Shown here: positions 16,513 through 20,000 of the stretch, one piece after another | How the letters are laid out: each line of letters starts with the position of its first letter | How positions within the stretch are numbered: the stretch's first letter is position 1 | Source: an uncultured virus (IMG/VR IMGVR_UViG_3300028377_000003) | Taxonomy: Duplodnaviria > Heunggongvirae > Uroviricota > Caudoviricetes | Virus record (IMG/VR): IMGVR_UViG_3300028377_000003 | Coordinates: 109,691-129,690 of that record | DNA length: 20,000 nucleotides | Strand: one strand, 5' to 3' | The notes under the pieces: generated by a model | Told to the model about the DNA's origin: nothing | What the model saw: the letters and a program-made list of their open reading frames with translations, nothing else | Database searches by the model: none | Position numbers and translations under genes: made by a program

Positions 16513-17391
16513 ATGTCGCTTTACCTGCCTAACATGTATGACGGTCTGTTGAAATTCGCTTCTAAGAACCCGGATCTCCGTGAAGATTGGGGTCCTGTTC
16601 TGGATTCCATCTATGCGGAGATGCGCCAAACCCGTGTAGCTTCCCGGAACAAGATTGCATATTCGGAAGATACGGTGCGTTTCATCAACTGGGTTACGCT
16701 GACCCAGAAACGTAGTCCAGTGTCGGAAAAGGATGCACAGGATATGCTGGAGCGTACTTTCAATCTGGAAACTCGGGCTCCTGCGTCGCAATCGCGTGGC
16801 GGCCCCCGTTTTCAGGTGGGCGATATGGTCAAGATCAAAGCGAAGAAGCACAAGATCGGCCATACGATGGATATCTACAAGAAGTTTGACCAGAAGGTTG
16901 GTACCGTCGTAAAGACGCCCCGTGAAGATTCGTCTCTGAGCGATGATAGTGATCACGGAGATGCGCTTGTTCAATTCGGGAGCGGAGCACCTGTGCGCAT
17001 TCCAGATGCGATGAAAGCCCGAGGCGTGGGTATTTACAAGGATGATTCCAGCTACGACATGAAAAGCAGTGGCCGGATGTTGGAGATGATTTATTTCAGT
17101 TCCAAGGAGCGTCCGCCCACACAAGAAGCGATGCAAGAGGTAGAGAACTACATCGAGCGCGGTGATCAGGTTGGTGAAGACCGAGTACCTTATTACTACT
17201 CCGGTGTTCCCCAGATGGCTGCCTACAGCAAGCAAGGCAACTTCTACTTCAAGATCAACCCGCAACAGCGGACTTCGAAGTGGCGTGCTTACAGCCCGAA
17301 AAAGGGTACCCTCCTTTATCTCGGCGTGATGGGTAGCCGCCCGTCCGGTTGGGAGCGTGAGTACGAGAAACTAATGCACGAGACCGCTTAA
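16513..17391 (+). CDS. Hypothetical protein with shared tag and an SH3/KOW-like domain (292 aa)
   Basis: AAGGAG SD, tag 'MYDGLLKFASKNPDLREDWGPVL', and 'RFQVGDMVKIK...KVGTVVK...ALVQFG'. Confidence 0.75.
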   Translation: MSLYLPNMYDGLLKFASKNPDLREDWGPVLDSIYAEMRQTRVASRNKIAYSEDTVRFINWVTLTQKRSPVSEKDAQDMLERTFNLETRAPASQSRGGPRFQVGDMVKIKAKKHKIGHTMDIYKKFDQKVGTVVKTPREDSSLSDDSDHGDALVQFGSGAPVRIPDAMKARGVGIYKDDSSYDMKSSGRMLEMIYFSSKERPPTQEAMQEVENYIERGDQVGEDRVPYYYSGVPQMAAYSKQGNFYFKINPQQRTSKWRAYSPKKGTLLYLGVMGSRPSGWEREYEKLMHETA

Positions 17392-18401
17392 TGAGTGATC
17401 TTGACCAGCTAGCACAACAGGCGTATTCGCACCCCCAACTTCGCAAGGAGCTTGAGGGGTGTGTGCGCCGTGCTATGTCTAATTGCAACCTGCAGGGTGA
17501 TAGCCGTAGACGCATGAACGCCTTGCAAAAACAGGCGGAGCGTCTGAGCAAAAAGATCAGAGGGTTTCGTCGTGAATACGAAATGTACCTCTATCAAGCA
17601 ATTGGACGGAAGGTCGATTTCGAAGAGTCGGCGTTGGAACGTGGGGATGGGGTCCAGTACAATGTGGTTTCTAAATACATTGTCCTGAAAGACACCACGG
17701 AACCCCTTGCCCCGCGTTTCTATATGGACGTGCGCGTAGCCCCAAGTGACGATGAATTCGAAAGTGATATCACACTCACTCTGAATGCCGGTTTCGTGAA
17801 TGCGATCGGAATGCGGCACGCCAAATTTACCCAAGAGGGTTTCGCCGAGGAAAAGCTCAAGAACCCTACCAACGTGTTTGGTTGGATCGAATACCTAGAC
17901 GGTGACTTTTTGAAGGCCCGTCGTTTGGTTCGGCCATTTGGTAACGGTGATCTGGATATGGGCACCATGCACTCTTCGGTGACGGCTGCCGTAAAGGACA
18001 TGGACCTCGCTGAAGACGCCCGCACCCTTCTATACACGATCTCCGATACCATGCCGGATTCGGAGGACGTGCGGTGGGCGCTGTTCACTTTTGGAACCCA
18101 CACACTAGCAACTTTCCTAGATCATGCTGGACTCCACGACGTAGCTTCCTTGGTGCGTCAAAAATTGCTTTTACTGGTCAACGGTGTTCCCCAAAAAACG
18201 ATCAAGTGGGTTGAAGCGATGGTGGACGCCCGCGAACTCATCAATGCGTGTGAAGTCTTTAGGGCCGCCTTTGATGAAAACCCCCAAGATCTCGTCCCGA
18301 CAGCGGCTAATTCTATAGGTTGGCTTGGACACACAGTTAAGGCATTAGGCTATGATTCTGTAGCCGATGGTCTTTACAACTGCGCTCACATGATCTCCTG
18401 A
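17391..18401 (+). CDS. Hypothetical protein with degenerate shared tag (336 aa)
   Basis: TAATG stop/start overlap. Begins MSDLDQLAQQAYSHPQLRKEL. Confidence 0.75.
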   Translation: MSDLDQLAQQAYSHPQLRKELEGCVRRAMSNCNLQGDSRRRMNALQKQAERLSKKIRGFRREYEMYLYQAIGRKVDFEESALERGDGVQYNVVSKYIVLKDTTEPLAPRFYMDVRVAPSDDEFESDITLTLNAGFVNAIGMRHAKFTQEGFAEEKLKNPTNVFGWIEYLDGDFLKARRLVRPFGNGDLDMGTMHSSVTAAVKDMDLAEDARTLLYTISDTMPDSEDVRWALFTFGTHTLATFLDHAGLHDVASLVRQKLLLLVNGVPQKTIKWVEAMVDARELINACEVFRAAFDENPQDLVPTAANSIGWLGHTVKALGYDSVADGLYNCAHMIS

Positions 18402-18425
18402 CGGCTCGGTACCCTCCAAAAGCGG

Positions 18426-18437
18426 TAATCGTTTTAT
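18426..18437 (+). promoter_or_regulatory. Putative phage late-promoter motif TAATCGTTTTAT
   Basis: 11/12 identical to the 4923 copy, intergenic, 69 nt before ATG 18495. Confidence 0.55.
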
Positions 18438-18494
18438 AGAAAATGTAAGTGCGATTTCCGCAACGGAACTACTTTCGAGTTGAAGGAGTACATC

Positions 18495-19478
18495 ATGGCT
18501 GAGTTCGAAGAGTACATTGCTGCAACGAAGTTCAACATCGGGCAGGACAAGGAAAACAACATCGTCGTCGCTAAAGGCACCGTCGTAGAATACGATGGAA
18601 GTATCGCCAAGATCGAGGGTCGAGAGTATAATTTCCCACGTCTTGTATCCGCTATCGAAGCCAAGTGGTTGATCTCGGCTGAGGAGTTGGGTATTGGTGG
18701 TGGATCTGATTTCAAGCCCGTAGCAGCCAATATCAACATGCGTGCCGCAACCCCTCAAGGCGAAGATGTAGTAGCCAGCACGGCGACTATGGCCGATGAG
18801 GAGCGTGAGGTTAGCACGATTGAGAATTTCCGCGAAGGCAACCACCGTCAAGGTAGCGGTGTGGTGAGCGCGCAGGGTGGCGAAGAAGTTGGTGGCGTTG
18901 CTTTCAAGACGAAAGCAGGTGAAGCCTCGAAGTCGGAATCAACCCGGATCGATAAGCTGAGTCACAACGCTATTCGTCAGATGGAAGAAGGCCCCCAGCG
19001 CAACGACAAGGCAGCCCATTTCAAGGAGCTTGAGCGCCGTAAGATGGCGCGTGAGATTGCCGACTTGAAGAAGCAGGTTGCTGCCAAGCAACAGCAAAAG
19101 CAAATTCGTGAAGGCATTCAGTTCAGCACGGACGGCGTTTCTCAGACCGCCGCTGATACCACGAATTCTTCAACCCAAGACAGCCTTCCCGAAGGTGTCT
19201 GGGACGGTAACGATGCTCCGGTCGTAGCCAACACTTCGCAAGAGGTTGAGGCGACGGAAGAGGATTTCAACGTTACCAACAAGGATTCCCGTCTGGCCTT
19301 TGCACGTCAGATGATGCCGAACTTTGATTGGGATTTCGGTCAGCACTGGAAAACCAAGCTCAAGAACCTTGACGAGAACGGTAACCCGCTTTTCGTTTGC
19401 ACGGTATATGCGGTTGAGTCGAGCGCGATGAAAAAGCATATTGCCAAGCAGTTCCCGAATCTGAACCTTGGTGACTAA
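18495..19478 (+). CDS. Hypothetical protein (327 aa)
   Basis: AAGGAG SD (18483-18488) before ATG 18495 (MAEFEEY...). Small beta-rich N-terminal part, disordered/coiled-coil middle and aromatic C-terminal part. Confidence 0.8.
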   Translation: MAEFEEYIAATKFNIGQDKENNIVVAKGTVVEYDGSIAKIEGREYNFPRLVSAIEAKWLISAEELGIGGGSDFKPVAANINMRAATPQGEDVVASTATMADEEREVSTIENFREGNHRQGSGVVSAQGGEEVGGVAFKTKAGEASKSESTRIDKLSHNAIRQMEEGPQRNDKAAHFKELERRKMAREIADLKKQVAAKQQQKQIREGIQFSTDGVSQTAADTTNSSTQDSLPEGVWDGNDAPVVANTSQEVEATEEDFNVTNKDSRLAFARQMMPNFDWDFGQHWKTKLKNLDENGNPLFVCTVYAVESSAMKKHIAKQFPNLNLGD

Positions 19479-19484
19479 TTAAAC

Positions 19485-19512
19485 ATGGGGGGCTCCTTCG
19501 GGGGTCCCCCAT
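19485..19512 (+). other. Intergenic RNA hairpin with C(UUCG)G tetraloop (atypical terminator or mRNA stability/processing element)
   Basis: ATGGGGGGCTCC-TTCG-GGGGTCCCCCAT forms 12 bp including two G-U pairs. No U-tract directly follows. Confidence 0.7.
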
Positions 19513-19525
19513 CAAGGATGTTTTA

Positions 19526-20000
19526 ATGCACCGTAAGGTCGCCAAAAAATACCTGTCCCGTGTCCTTTGCGATCATTTGCAAAAGGCCGTCTCCGAAGCC
19601 CGCATTGATCTCTCCAAACTAGGAGATCTCACTGAGCGGGCTATTTCGCTAGTGGATGAGTCCGAGAAAAAGGACCACATCTACAAGGAAGCCGGGGACA
19701 TGATTTTCCTCTATCAGGCGGCTCTAGAGGACATGCAGGATCAGATGGCGGTGATATCATACATCGTAGAGAAGCTCGGGCTTACGAGCGCCGCTGACGA
19801 CCTTAACCCGGCTGTTCGCAAAGAATTGGATAAGGCCCTCAAGGGTGAAAAGGTTGCACGTCGTGTGGCTTTGGAGCACATGAGTCGCTTGGCGGAACTT
19901 ACGGTTGACGTCCAAGAGATGCAGGGCCTCCCTACCTATATCGACGACAATGATAAAGTGGTGGACGACGAGGGGCTTAACTCCGAAGTACCTCCACCCG
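19526..20000 (+). CDS. Hypothetical protein (partial, runs off the window; absent from the ORF track)
   Basis: AAGGA SD at 19514-19518 and ATG 19526. The frame is open to the end: MHRKVAKKYLSRVLCDHLQKAVSEAR...EKVARRVALEHMSRLAE... Confidence 0.75.
   Translation, partial: MHRKVAKKYLSRVLCDHLQKAVSEARIDLSKLGDLTERAISLVDESEKKDHIYKEAGDMIFLYQAALEDMQDQMAVISYIVEKLGLTSAADDLNPAVRKELDKALKGEKVARRVALEHMSRLAELTVDVQEMQGLPTYIDDNDKVVDDEGLNSEVPPP

Noticed and set aside
16474..17265. 263-aa minus-strand ORF
   Set aside because: Fully antisense to a well-supported + strand gene with SD and tag, and has no recognisable features.
5442..17465. Shared tag as a mobile DNA repeat or intein
   Set aside because: Nucleotide sequences are divergent with synonymous changes, and I saw no inverted repeats or intein splice motifs.
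1..20000. Alternative genetic code (stop-codon reassignment), tRNA genes or host assignment
   Set aside because: Standard code 11 gives dense, intact genes, and no tRNA-like cloverleaf was seen in the intergenic gaps. Nothing in the window identifies the host.

Overview
This window is the head-morphogenesis module of a large tailed dsDNA phage (Caudoviricetes), dense and mostly on the + strand. In order it holds the C-terminus of the large terminase, portal, a prohead maturation protease, a very acidic repeat-containing scaffold-like protein, a probable decoration/minor capsid protein and a short HK97-fold major capsid protein followed by a strong intrinsic terminator. Many unrecognised proteins and a Dps/ferritin-like gene are interspersed. 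The most striking unexplained pattern is that eight otherwise unrelated + strand proteins, including the Dps-like one, share a gaplessly alignable ~25-aa N-terminal peptide (consensus LRDxLI[RK]L[GA]xxNPxLRxHLxxLL). It is often followed by K/R-x-A tripeptides, which also punctuate the scaffold. I infer a capsid cargo-addressing and maturation-cleavage system. The sequence also suggests two promoter classes: a recurring TWAT-N4-TTRT motif ahead of structural/tagged gene blocks, and sigma70-type promoters ahead of untagged inserted genes. Product calls come from motif recognition and gene order only; no database search was run and the host cannot be determined.
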